Origin: Bdellovibrionota bacterium | Lineage (GTDB): Bacteria > Bdellovibrionota_C > UBA2361 > JAFLCA01 | NCBI GenBank assembly: GCA_044347745.1 | Contig: JBIKUD010000010.1 | Location: 11,741 to 75,740, forward strand | Length of the DNA: 64,000 nucleotides | Direction of reading: 5' to 3' | Shown: positions 10,801 to 19,181 of the stretch, one piece after another | Layout of the letters: the number at the start of each line of letters is the position of its first letter | Position numbering within the stretch: the first letter of the stretch is position 1 | Made by a program: the position numbers and the translations under genes | Notes under the pieces: generated by a model | Database searches by the model: none | Told to the model about the DNA's origin: nothing | Seen by the model: only the letters and a program-made list of their open reading frames with translations

Positions 10801-11315
10801 GCCACTGCATCTACTGCTTCAGCAGCAGCTTCAGCCTGCGGGGCTTGTTCATCTAGACCGCCAGAAATAACGGTTAAATTTGGCCTGTTTTCTTTTTCCT
10901 GCTGCGACTCTGATGTTGCTTCTTCAGGCGTAACCTCAGTTGAAGCTTGGGCATTCAGCCCTTCTTCTTCTGGGTCTATTTCCATTGCCGCAAGCTGCGC
11001 TACAAGGTCAGCTTCCATGGCAGGAGAGACGAGATCGGCAAAAAAGTTGGCCTCGGTTGAACGCAGGGTTATAGAAACTTCGGCAAGACCCAGCGGACGC
11101 AATTTGTCGGTGCCGTTAAAGATAACGTCTTCTAAGGAGGCTCCGCGCAAGTTGCTGGCCTTGGTTTCTCCCAAAACCCAGCGTAAGGCATCGACAACAT
11201 TAGATTTTCCGCAGCCATTCGGCCCCACCACGCCCGTTACCCCGCCATCAAGCGGAATAACTACTTTTTCCATAAACGATTTAAAGCCGAAAATTTCAAT
11301 TCTTGATACGCGCAT
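7878..11315 (-). CDS. smc: chromosome partition protein SMC
   Basis: N-terminus MRVSRIEIFGFKSF..GPNGCGKSNVVDALRWVLGE. C-terminal signature LSGGEKALCA..LDEVDAPLDEANL. Long coiled coils in between. An acidic/Ala-rich insertion of about 115 aa sits in the N-terminal head (about 10718-11063). Confidence 0.92.
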   Translation of the reverse strand: MRVSRIEIFGFKSFMEKVVIPLDGGVTGVVGPNGCGKSNVVDALRWVLGETKASNLRGASLEDVIFNGTDKLRPLGLAEVSITLRSTEANFFADLVSPAMEADLVAQLAAMEIDPEEEGLNAQASTEVTPEEATSESQQEKENRPNLTVISGGLDEQAPQAEAAAEAVDAVASEAADAPSSAPAPTTESEEASKEPVAATFLTRFSWLKAVNEVQVTRRLYRSGESEFFINRVPCRLKDVKDFFRAIGLGARSHTIVAQGEVSRIVTAKPEERRLILEEAAGVLGFRDKIASATRRLEETGVNISRIDDILKEVERQVSSLKRQAARAEARQEIKDRLAVLEDALFLDKAVELRETEKQVESQRAGVVAEQERAEAALQLVQAQEIEARGQLSALDIESDTVRRKIDSLSEEIHQRERQRSGRKARIGEINAFVQARGTEARRLEERIVTLASRKTSAQQEILNLEEREKALSKEIAEFETGGEDELRQASESVTSKREQLRQREQELRVVREELISKQSSLRAAKEQLVANSPITQLKDTLSSPHSQFLKRLSESSQLLVDGLRVPPAYSKAAQAVLAERAQFLVTEDPLAVAEQFVAEAYSSHAQDKKKRSSLGVFKRAGLDATEAPEAARADIPFTRLLDVVEVNAEFALVAHRLLGAVYVADTLAAAKAFLNSGVSAKGITIVTQDGDILTEYSFYSLRHEGGVIQLKNKAIELEARVQELEAKQQELQKAKDEAQSALREAESLQNDALRRSRERQAKVRELVNQRGTVVGRLQAERRTFEQVDGDVLKTQQQVKECEHKIQELRAEEARLAEELKNLVPDQEQELKAELEKLQAEYASQDKVRREGREKLAHFANQVHAARQALDKARSAVNSLELSVQKVALERQNLRERIEIECGPEQFSVLLSRAEQMQRLELKVRQEFSEELGKLKSRIAREGEVDPSSIQRYEEERKRLEDLSAQRHDLDHAAQVLKRTIERLTETSEKRFVATFNAVRENFSKLVPRLFGGGRGSLELLDPSKPLDSGVEIIARPPGKKLKSIELMSGGEKALCATALILGMFMEKPSPLCVLDEVDAPLDEANLVRFLSLIKDMSKRTQFLMITHNKNSMATSDRLIGVTMQEPGASRTISVSLQEAYSQVA

Positions 11316-11499
11316 GGGCTAATTACCGTCAAAAAAAGGCCGCAATTGGTTTTGACTCTACAGCTTTAAGCAATTTAAAGAAAGATGATTTGCCTTCTCA
11401 GCAATAAACTCGATGGAAATGGATGTACGTTCTGCCTGATATCGCCTTCACGGGCTATCCTGGGAGCAGTTAAGCCACTGGGATTAATTTGAGATCAAT

Positions 11500-12147
11500 T
11501 TAAGACCCGTTCCCCGTCTCGGATGAGGTTTTTACCTGCGGCTTTTCTTCTGCCCCAGGCCCTTGCAGCACTTCGCCTAAGACCAAGGTTGAATATTCAA
11601 CCGCGCCCCAGTAAGAAACAGCCAAAGAAAGTAAAAGAAGGTTTACGCCTAACGTTTGGCAAGTCACTCCAAAGCCAAAAATGCGCAGTTTGGTTTCATG
11701 CAGCAAAAGCAGCACGATGGCCACCATTTGAAAGCCACTTTTAATTTTGCCGCTGGCACTCGCTGCCAGCACCAGCCCCTTGGTTGCCGCGATGCTGCGA
11801 AGTCCAGTCACCCAAATTTCGCGTGCCAGCACCAAAACCACCATCCAAGCCGGCACCCAAGGCGCACCATCGAAATCTGACCGCTGCGCAACCAGCATAA
11901 TTAAAGCTGCCATGACTAAAATTTTGTCAGCCAATGGATCGAGCAATTTACCGGCATCTGAGACAGCGCCAAACTTACGCGCAAGATATCCGTCAACAAG
12001 ATCGGTTAACGCCGCTACCACAAACACAAAGGTGGCAAGCTTCACCATAAAAGGCGTTGGTTCAATAAGCAGCAAGACAAATACTGGAATAAGAGCTAGG
12101 CGCAACAGCGTCAGCCAATTAGGGATTTTTTGAACCAGTTCTCGCAT
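11500..12147 (-). CDS. pgsA: CDP-diacylglycerol--glycerol-3-phosphate 3-phosphatidyltransferase
   Basis: CDP-alcohol phosphatidyltransferase motif DLVDGYLARKFGAVSDAGKLLDPLADK, with a multi-TM profile. Confidence 0.85.
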   Translation of the reverse strand: MRELVQKIPNWLTLLRLALIPVFVLLLIEPTPFMVKLATFVFVVAALTDLVDGYLARKFGAVSDAGKLLDPLADKILVMAALIMLVAQRSDFDGAPWVPAWMVVLVLAREIWVTGLRSIAATKGLVLAASASGKIKSGFQMVAIVLLLLHETKLRIFGFGVTCQTLGVNLLLLSLAVSYWGAVEYSTLVLGEVLQGPGAEEKPQVKTSSETGNGS

Positions 12148-12832
12148 TCTCTAATTCTTTTTTTCGAGCGACCGCGTATCTGCTTCGCAGCGCCAATACT
12201 TTTTCAACGTAATCCCGAGTTTCATCATAAGGGGGAATTCCCTTATATTGGTCAACTGCTCCTGGGCCCGCATTGTATGCAGCGAGCGCCAGTCTAAGGT
12301 CTCCGGCGTATTTTCTCAATAACATAGCCAAAAAGCGACTACCGGCATGAATATTCTCATAAGGGTCAAACGAATTTTTGACACCAAACTCCTTTGCTAA
12401 TGGCGGCATAAGCTGCATAAGGCCCCGAGCCCCTTTTGGAGAAACAGCTTTCGGGTTAAAGGCAGATTCGGCATGAATGACCGCGCGTATAAGATCTTCA
12501 GTAATGCCATGGGTGCGAGCTGCAGCGCGAATTAAATCGCTATGGGCAGCCGTAAATAATTTGCTTCCCAAAGATTTTGCTCGCCTTGGCCCCAAAATGG
12601 AGTACGACACACCCTTGGAGGTAAAAACTTCTGCTTTGGTGCCCTCAGGCGGAGCCTTGGTGGTAAATCGAACTGCGCCGCTTTTGTCTTTGTAGACATA
12701 AATGGGGTTTGCAAAACTTTGGCTAGGCGCACCAGCCCAAAGGAAAACCCCAAAAAGGGGCAGCACGAACTTTGAATTCAAAGTTTTCTTCTGCACTTCT
12801 GTGCTTCGATGCAAACGTTGCTTTAGCTTCAC
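12119..12832 (-). CDS. lytic murein transglycosylase (Slt/MltE-like, secreted)
   Basis: Signal peptide present. ESAFNPKAVSPKGARGLMQLMP...AYNAGPGAV are hallmark motifs of the SLT domain. Its stop overlaps the pgsA start. Confidence 0.8.
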   Translation of the reverse strand: MKLKQRLHRSTEVQKKTLNSKFVLPLFGVFLWAGAPSQSFANPIYVYKDKSGAVRFTTKAPPEGTKAEVFTSKGVSYSILGPRRAKSLGSKLFTAAHSDLIRAAARTHGITEDLIRAVIHAESAFNPKAVSPKGARGLMQLMPPLAKEFGVKNSFDPYENIHAGSRFLAMLLRKYAGDLRLALAAYNAGPGAVDQYKGIPPYDETRDYVEKVLALRSRYAVARKKELENARTGSKNP

Positions 12833-12844
12833 CGACGTCGCACC

Positions 12845-14404
12845 TTAACGATAAGCAGCAGGAACACCCTGCCAAAGTTCGGCTAACGCAATTACGGAAA
12901 CCTGCTCTTGAGTCTCAAGTGGGCTGGCATTTTTATTCTCTAACTTGTCAGCATAAAATACACCAACGACTTCTCTATCGCTCACAATCGGAAAGGCACA
13001 AAATGGCCAATCATCGCCATAAATCGGATCGCCCGTAAAAATAACCTTACCTTCAATAAACGCCTGCACATCGGGCATAAAGTCGGCATTGGACGCCTTT
13101 AAAAGTCGTGGAGTAACCACGCTTTGTTTGGGTGCTTGTCCAAAAAGGACGGTAGGCTCAAGTAGTCGCCCGTCGGCGCTGGGCCGAAAGAGCATGGCTC
13201 TATCAAATTGCATCGCATGCACAAGTGCCTGAAGTGTGCACATTACCGCTTGCGGCAAAAACCCAGGCTCCCCCTCGCCCGGCACCGATTTAAGTGAGGC
13301 ACGTAATTCGTAAAGATAAGGGTTAATTCGCTCGGCTAGCGGCGAATATTGGGGGTGCCGTTTGCGAGCAACTCCATCGGCCCCCACCATCTCATCTTGA
13401 TATTCAATTAAGTAACTAGGCAAACGGTACCCCTTTACTCCCAAAAGCTGCATGCGACGAACAAATCCCAACGCAGCCTCTCCAAGAGCTGATTCAATTT
13501 GCTCCTGTTTTATTCCAGATTTTTCTGCATACTCGTCAATAAGAGTATCAACTTCATCTTTACCCGAAAAACGCCCAATTTCGTCAGCCAGACGGTTGGC
13601 AATAAAGCTTACTCGCACCATTAAAAGCGCCTCCGCACTATCTTCGCCAGCCCCTCCACGACGGTTCCAAGGGGGCAATTCTAGGTGCTGAACCACTTTG
13701 GAAATATTCAGTGGGATATGCGAATTATCACAAAGACCAGAGGCAAGATCGTAGAGAGACTTCCCCAGCGCCTTTTTAATATTGCGCTCAAACACATTGC
13801 GTCCTTCAAGGGAGCGATCAAGCTGCAAAGCAGCATAAATATTTGGCTTTATGTAAGCCATAAGCAGCAGTGGCAAACGCGAGAGCTGGCTCCAAAGCGC
13901 CGCTCGCTCGCGTAAGGGCGAGCGCGGTGCCACTATGCGGGCGAGATCTTCGGCAATTTGCTGCGCCAAAACCATGCGATGTAAGGCGCCCAGCCCCAAG
14001 GCGCGACCCAAGAATACGGCCTGATAATTTTTAGGTTCGCCAAAATCTCTCAGTGCATCCGCAGTACGACGAAATCCAAGGCGTTGCACCACGCCAAGCA
14101 TAGACTCAACCGGATTATTGCGGGCAAACATCGCGCTGTTCGTCTGGCCTAAAAGCCTTAAGGGGGCAATTGGGTCAGTGGCCATTAGCTCGGCAATCAA
14201 CTCGGGTCCACCTGCTCCACTTGCCAAAAACTTTTGAGATTCCTGAACTAAATTAAGCGACGAAGGATACTGCCCGTTTGCTTGAGCGAGCGATTTAAAA
14301 TAGGCCTCAAGCATCAGCCCCGTACCTTCAGGTAGCTGCGCTCCAGCCGTGGTTAAATTTTGTAAGGCTTCATTACACATGACCTCTATGATGGTCGGCA
14401 TCAT
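12845..14404 (-). CDS. signal-transduction protein with HDOD-like and C-terminal GAF-like regions (hypothetical)
   Basis: ELIAELMATDPIAPLRLLGQTNSAMFARNNPVESMLGVVQRLGF resembles HDOD. The C-terminal 150 aa resembles a GAF fold (FDRAMLFRPSADG...VGVFYAD). This is weak motif-level evidence only. Confidence 0.45.
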   Translation of the reverse strand: MMPTIIEVMCNEALQNLTTAGAQLPEGTGLMLEAYFKSLAQANGQYPSSLNLVQESQKFLASGAGGPELIAELMATDPIAPLRLLGQTNSAMFARNNPVESMLGVVQRLGFRRTADALRDFGEPKNYQAVFLGRALGLGALHRMVLAQQIAEDLARIVAPRSPLRERAALWSQLSRLPLLLMAYIKPNIYAALQLDRSLEGRNVFERNIKKALGKSLYDLASGLCDNSHIPLNISKVVQHLELPPWNRRGGAGEDSAEALLMVRVSFIANRLADEIGRFSGKDEVDTLIDEYAEKSGIKQEQIESALGEAALGFVRRMQLLGVKGYRLPSYLIEYQDEMVGADGVARKRHPQYSPLAERINPYLYELRASLKSVPGEGEPGFLPQAVMCTLQALVHAMQFDRAMLFRPSADGRLLEPTVLFGQAPKQSVVTPRLLKASNADFMPDVQAFIEGKVIFTGDPIYGDDWPFCAFPIVSDREVVGVFYADKLENKNASPLETQEQVSVIALAELWQGVPAAYR

Positions 14405-14498
14405 AGTGGTTTCACAAGAGAGTATTCAGCCCAAATGCTGTAAAAAAAGCCAAGATTTCAGTAGCTTGACAGGATAATGGGGTACTACCCCAGCGGGC

Positions 14499-15377
14499 TT
14501 ACGCAAATAGGGGCATTTGCCTATCTTTTAGGTGTGGACGGTCCTTTAAAATAAGCTTTTCCGGAGCTCGTTTCTCAATTTCTGTAAGTAAAACCCTGGC
14601 AGAATCAGGTCGTAGCCAATGAAACTTTCGGTCCTGAGCTAACTTTTGGGCGACTACATTGGTTCTGAGGCGTCGCTCTACTCGCTCGCTGCCATCGGTT
14701 ATAGATCGCACATGAATCCCGTCGGCATGCGCTATCAGGGTGTCCGCAAATCTGCCTGCATCTGCCTTCCAGTCTCCATACGGAAGCACCGGCGCCACTT
14801 GAATATTAACCTCAATACCAAAGCGCCTTAAGGCCGTGGCCATTTTAAGGCGCTCCTCTACTCGGGGCAGTTGCGAGGTGTAGCGCCGCGCAGATTCTTC
14901 AAGGTTGGTTTCTAATCCCAAAGTTACTGCACAATGGCAGCCCAGTCTTGTAAGCACCGGCATAGCAATTACCAGCAAAGGAGATCGCGTCTGCACCACC
15001 AGCAAGCCTGGAGTGTACTTTTTAAAGAGCTCTAAAAACCGCATACTTGCATCAAATTTTGCTTCAAATGGCAAAAACGGATCGGTGGTGACTCCAAAAT
15101 ACACACAGGCGCTACGCAAAACGCCCTGTGAGGAAAGCCGCATAAGATGCCTCTCAAGCTCGCAAAAGGGATTTTGTTTATTCAATGTATAGCGGCTTCG
15201 TAATCGAGTTAGTTCGGTGTCATCGTCAATTTTGAGACAATAATGATCACGAGGATCTTCGGTATCAGGAAACTTGTGCTGGCCAAAAGCAATTCCATTG
15301 GCGAACGAATCTACGCTGTAGACGATATTATAGTTTGACTTCGGCATGAGGACATTTTTTTCATTTGATGATTTCAT
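14499..15377 (-). CDS. hypothetical protein (292 aa)
   Basis: Long ORF with clear coding character. I place the start at the internal MKSSNEK, because the listed upstream extension runs through a GGGGAGG..CCTCCCC hairpin. No confident family call, and no radical-SAM Cys cluster is visible. Confidence 0.5.
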   Translation of the reverse strand: MKSSNEKNVLMPKSNYNIVYSVDSFANGIAFGQHKFPDTEDPRDHYCLKIDDDTELTRLRSRYTLNKQNPFCELERHLMRLSSQGVLRSACVYFGVTTDPFLPFEAKFDASMRFLELFKKYTPGLLVVQTRSPLLVIAMPVLTRLGCHCAVTLGLETNLEESARRYTSQLPRVEERLKMATALRRFGIEVNIQVAPVLPYGDWKADAGRFADTLIAHADGIHVRSITDGSERVERRLRTNVVAQKLAQDRKFHWLRPDSARVLLTEIEKRAPEKLILKDRPHLKDRQMPLFA

Positions 15378-15680
15378 ATCGTACCTTGCTTGTTTGTGGG
15401 GAGGCGTCCCCTCCCCTAAATTCACTCCCTCAACTTTCTCGTTAAATCGAACCCCTCTGGCCTTACTTCAAACTGCTTGAACTTATGACGCGAGTAGTCG
15501 TCAAAAGGTTCAAGAAACTTAAAGTATGTAGGCGGGTGCTGTTTAAGGGGCCTTAAGGGGGGGCCAAAAAGCCCCAAAACCCACGTTCAGTAGACTGGCC
15601 AGCGGTCCCCTAATGCGCTAGTATCGAGCGCTGGGTGGCACAATGTCACCTCATCCTCATAATTAGTGCGGGAGTTATAA

Positions 15681-16007
15681 ATGGCTGGCAACGTTCACGA
15701 AATTTCAGATTCTTCCTTTGATGCAGATGTTCTCAAATCGGCTGTGCCTGTATTGCTTGATTTCTGGGCACCTTGGTGTGGGCCATGTAAAAGCATAGCT
15801 CCAGTGCTCGAAGAGCTTGCAAACGAATACAGTGGCAAACTCAAAATTGCCAAAATGAATGTAGATGATAACCCTCGTACTCCCTCGCAATTTAACGTGC
15901 GCGGCATTCCTAACCTGGTGTTTTTTAAGGGCGGAGAGCTTGTTGAGCAAATTATTGGCGCCGTGCCAAAAGAGCAACTAGTGGCAGCCATTAAGAAAGT
16001 TATCTAA
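15681..16007 (+). CDS. trxA: thioredoxin
   Basis: WAPWCGPCK active site in a 108 aa protein. A GGGAG ribosome-binding site lies 6 nt upstream. Confidence 0.95.
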   Translation: MAGNVHEISDSSFDADVLKSAVPVLLDFWAPWCGPCKSIAPVLEELANEYSGKLKIAKMNVDDNPRTPSQFNVRGIPNLVFFKGGELVEQIIGAVPKEQLVAAIKKVI

Positions 16008-16176
16008 ATACCTTCTTAAGCCTCTTACAAACTAATTAGCTCTATAATCTTAGGCCGAGTTCTAAAGCACTCGATAGGTCACTCTAGCGCATGCAAGGTG
16101 TATGTGCGTTTAAGTGTCACCACTTAAACACTTGCTTTAAATTGCAAGCATTTTAGAAAGTGACAAGGAGTGTTGT

Positions 16177-16341
16177 ATGAGCCCAGATTCAATCCGCGCG
16201 TCCCAAGCAATTACTGCTTCGCAGCCAAAACCGGAACCAAAGCCCAAAGAAGAAGAGAGACAGGTAAGTGCACCCGAAACTAAAGCCGTGCAAGAAGAGG
16301 CAAGAAACGCACAGGGCGTTTCAACAATTGCAGAAGCATAG
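16177..16341 (+). CDS. small hydrophilic Lys/Glu/Pro-rich protein (54 aa), hypothetical
   Basis: Below the ORF-track size cutoff. Perfect AAGGAG ribosome-binding site 6 nt before the ATG. An intrinsic terminator follows at once. The antisense listed ORF 16137-16373 is probably spurious. Confidence 0.45.
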   Translation: MSPDSIRASQAITASQPKPEPKPKEEERQVSAPETKAVQEEARNAQGVSTIAEA

Positions 16342-16347
16342 AGAGTA

Positions 16348-16382
16348 ACACTTTGGGGCCTCTTGGGCCCCAAAGTGTTTTA
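16348..16382 (+). terminator. rho-independent terminator (cactttggggcc-tcttg-ggccccaaagtg + TTTTAT)
   Basis: Perfect 12 bp GC-rich stem followed by a T-tract, directly after the small ORF. Confidence 0.6.
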
Positions 16383-16397
16383 TGCACCCGAAGCTAA

Positions 16398-16434
16398 GGG
16401 CCTCGTCTGAACGCATTTTGCCGACGAACAGAAA
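16398..16434. repeat. copy 1 of a 35 bp direct repeat (GCCTCGTCTGAACGCATTTTG-N4-CGAACAGAAA)
   Basis: Matches 18105-18140 at 31 of 35 positions. Each copy lies about 250 bp upstream of a gene start (16677 and 18378). Confidence 0.65.
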
Positions 16435-16676
16435 CTTTAAAGAGCTGAGTTTTGCTCAAAACTTTGCCAAAACTGACTTTTTCACGGCGAACAAATGCCT
16501 TAATTGATTACCTCCGCTCGTGGATCTTATTGAGGCTTTGCGCTAAACTCCGACGTCTCCAAATCAGTTGGGGATTGAACTAAAACTTGCGTTTGATTTG
16601 CCTGAAGTTTGCCCATGCGATCTTTGAGCAGACCGAATGCATGACAAAAGAACAGGGTTTAGCGTAGCTCGCTACA

Positions 16677-18059
16677 ATGCAAGATCAACCGCAACCACCA
16701 ACAGCAAACGACAACCAGCCCAACGCGGCGGAAACTTCGCGTAACCCAAACACCTCAACCACTCGCACCAATAGCTTAGCTCCCCGCTTAAAAACAAATC
16801 CGCTCGATTTGTGGAACCAACTTAGCCAAGATTTGCGTCAGTCCATTCAGACTGAGGTAGCTGAAGTAACTGTTGGATTTCTCGCCAAAGATGTGTGCGT
16901 GTATTATGAAGGGTTTGGACTTCTCATTCCTCACATTGAGTCACAACAGCGAGTCCGGATTCAAGAGAACCAGGTCTTTGTGCAGACCGAGACCTTTCGC
17001 ACTTTACGATTTGAAAAGTGCGGAGAACTAGTTGCCTATCACCGTGAAAAATTTGGGTCTATTGTTGAATTAAAAGATCTTATCGAACCCACACTGAAAC
17101 GCCTGCACGCCTCCCCTTTTAGCGATAGAGACCTGAGGCAAGTGCTCCGTGGGCTGTTTCAGGCGCTTCGTATAGAAGTGGTAAGCCACGGAGCAAGTAG
17201 GTTGCTGCCGCGCCTTGGCGATTTTTTTGCGCTACATAATAGACAAGGCACCTCGGTTATCGACTGGTTTGCCGGTGCAGATATCTTTATTCGTTCCGCC
17301 TACCGTCAGACACTTTTTGTAGAGCCAACCCGCTTATCGGCTAGACCAATTTTACAGTCTTCCTGGGAACTGCTTGAAGCCGCCTACGGCCCACCTGCCT
17401 GCACCCTCGAGCTTGACCTGCTTGAACAGCTTACTGAACTGGGATACGACGCCGAGGCGCTACAAACAGGCCTCGCCGATAAGGACCGAAAGATTCCGGT
17501 TGGCGTCTATTTGCGCCTCGAAGCCCCTCAAGCGCTTATTTATTGTACCGATGGCCTGCGTCGCTTAGCTGCTCAAGCAGGTGCTATTCGCTCTGGCTCT
17601 GAGCTGGTGTTCCAACTTGCACTCGCAAACCAGGACCATGATGGCGTAGTTCCTGATTGGCCGTTACGCGCATTAGCTTTGGGGTGGATTCTTATTCAAA
17701 CCACCAAATCAAAGTCCATTAAAGTTGGCGCCGCTATTGCCTGCGACCAACCACTTATTCCAAATGGCGATTCCGAACTTCACTGTGTGCTTGCCACCCA
17801 ATTTGCGGCTGTAAAAACAGAACAGCTAAGCGCCGATGGCGCGTTTTCGTACGTTAATTTAATCGGGATTTGCCGCAACGAAGCCGAAGTTGCAGCCCTC
17901 CATTCTGTAGATCATCTGTTTAAACTTCTTGAGTATAAAGAGCTGGATCAGTGCACAAAACCAAACCGCTCATCTATTGTGGCTCGAACATATTTTGAAC
18001 TGCCTGTAAAAGACTGCGGACAAAACGGGGCCTGTACAGCTCCCAAATCTGAGCCCTAA
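16677..18059 (+). CDS. hypothetical protein (460 aa) with a Pro/Gln/Asn/Thr-rich N-terminus
   Basis: Clear ORF with no confident family. The C-terminal half is vaguely SUFU-like, which I do not treat as more than speculation. Flanked by the 35 bp repeats. Confidence 0.55.
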   Translation: MQDQPQPPTANDNQPNAAETSRNPNTSTTRTNSLAPRLKTNPLDLWNQLSQDLRQSIQTEVAEVTVGFLAKDVCVYYEGFGLLIPHIESQQRVRIQENQVFVQTETFRTLRFEKCGELVAYHREKFGSIVELKDLIEPTLKRLHASPFSDRDLRQVLRGLFQALRIEVVSHGASRLLPRLGDFFALHNRQGTSVIDWFAGADIFIRSAYRQTLFVEPTRLSARPILQSSWELLEAAYGPPACTLELDLLEQLTELGYDAEALQTGLADKDRKIPVGVYLRLEAPQALIYCTDGLRRLAAQAGAIRSGSELVFQLALANQDHDGVVPDWPLRALALGWILIQTTKSKSIKVGAAIACDQPLIPNGDSELHCVLATQFAAVKTEQLSADGAFSYVNLIGICRNEAEVAALHSVDHLFKLLEYKELDQCTKPNRSSIVARTYFELPVKDCGQNGACTAPKSEP

Positions 18060-18104
18060 CCAGTTCTCCGTCAAAATGCGTTCATACTTTGTGCCGAGCC
18101 TCGC

Positions 18105-18140
18105 GCCTCGTCTGAACGCATTTTGATGGCGAACAGAAAA
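18105..18140. repeat. copy 2 of the 35 bp direct repeat, with an adjacent 14 bp inverted repeat
   Basis: gcctcgtctgaacgcattttgatggcgaacagaaa. In addition, tcaaaatgcgttca (18071-18084) is the exact reverse complement of tgaacgcattttga (18113-18126). Confidence 0.65.
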
Positions 18141-18377
18141 TCGAGGCACCCGTGTTAATAATGCGCCTTTTGCAAAATTGAACTAACGCGCCTGCCGGGA
18201 AAAACCGCAATACGCAGTGCGTTTGAAGGCCCAGCGCCAAAAGCAGTCCGTAATTCCAATAAGTTACAAAAATTGAGACTTCTACGCCCTTTAGTCACCC
18301 CTTAAGTGGGAGGCCTGATTGGTCGATAGTGTTAATTGGGTATTTTTATTATTATCTCAGTAAATTAGCTCCTTCAT

Positions 18378-19118
18378 ATGAGCTCTCCAGGCTTTCAAAA
18401 GTACGATGCCATTCTGGTTGATCCAGATATTCAGTCGCGCATGCGCCTCAAGCAAGCCACAACTGCTGTTACCAATTTTGGCAAAGTACACCAGCTAAGC
18501 GAGCTTCGCGAAGCCCAGCAAAAACTAAGTGGTTCTGAAAAAGCCGACGTCGTGTTTATTTCAAGAAAACACGAAATGGAGGGAATTCTCAATTTTATTA
18601 AGCTAGCTAAAGGGCTGCCTCAAGGCCAAGATGCAGCCTATATATTAGTACTAGGCGCAAAAGACCAAGACACTTCTACGGTTGCCTCAAGCGTAATGTC
18701 TGGCTTCGATGGGTTTCTCTTCGAGCCCTACTCAGTCGACAATCTTTTAGAAATAACCCAAATTTCTGCGCGGGTAAAAAGAGAACGCTCAAAAGCTCGA
18801 GAAGAAGCAGCCATGAAAATGCTGATGACCGATCTCATGAACCAGATCGATTTATTAGCCTACTTACGCAGCTGCAAAAGCGACCCTGGGCGAGTGCTTA
18901 AGAAATTTAAAGAAACCACCACGGTGCTGAGAACACTCAGCCCCGAATCGTTTGATTTATATCAAACCGTGGCCATAGACATGTTTGAAAATGCCCCTTT
19001 GCCGACAAAAGTGTTCCAAAAAAGAGCCTACGGCGGCTCAAGTTCTCGGGTCAAAAAGAAAATGGAAGACAAACTTATTGCCGACCTTGAAAAGAGCTCT
19101 CAAGAGGCAAAAACCTAG
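18378..19118 (+). CDS. receiver-like (pseudo-receiver) domain protein, hypothetical
   Basis: The N-terminal 120 aa has a CheY-like pattern (AILVDPD..ADVVFISRK..ILVLGAKD) but apparently no phospho-acceptor Asp. The C-terminus is helical and charged. Confidence 0.5.
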   Translation: MSSPGFQKYDAILVDPDIQSRMRLKQATTAVTNFGKVHQLSELREAQQKLSGSEKADVVFISRKHEMEGILNFIKLAKGLPQGQDAAYILVLGAKDQDTSTVASSVMSGFDGFLFEPYSVDNLLEITQISARVKRERSKAREEAAMKMLMTDLMNQIDLLAYLRSCKSDPGRVLKKFKETTTVLRTLSPESFDLYQTVAIDMFENAPLPTKVFQKRAYGGSSSRVKKKMEDKLIADLEKSSQEAKT

Positions 19119-19181
19119 CAGCCAGCCCGCTTTATTTGCCGTTTCCCTTCTCACCTACAAACAAGTTACTATGGTGAGCCT

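Noticed and set aside
14499-15425. Calling the 308 aa ORF a radical-SAM or spore-photoproduct-lyase-like enzyme
   Set aside because: No CxxxCxxC cluster is present. The resemblance was only a vague overall impression, so it is left as hypothetical.
15541-15580. G-rich tract ttaagggg ccttaagggggggcc aaaaa gcccc as a G-quadruplex or terminator
   Set aside because: There are only two or three G-runs on one strand, and the small hairpin lacks a T-tract. It sits in a divergent promoter region, so a functional call is not supportable.
16137-16373. Minus-strand 78 aa ORF opposite the small 54 aa gene
   Set aside because: The plus-strand frame has a perfect AAGGAG ribosome-binding site and a downstream terminator in the correct orientation. 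The minus ORF runs through that terminator hairpin and has no start signals.
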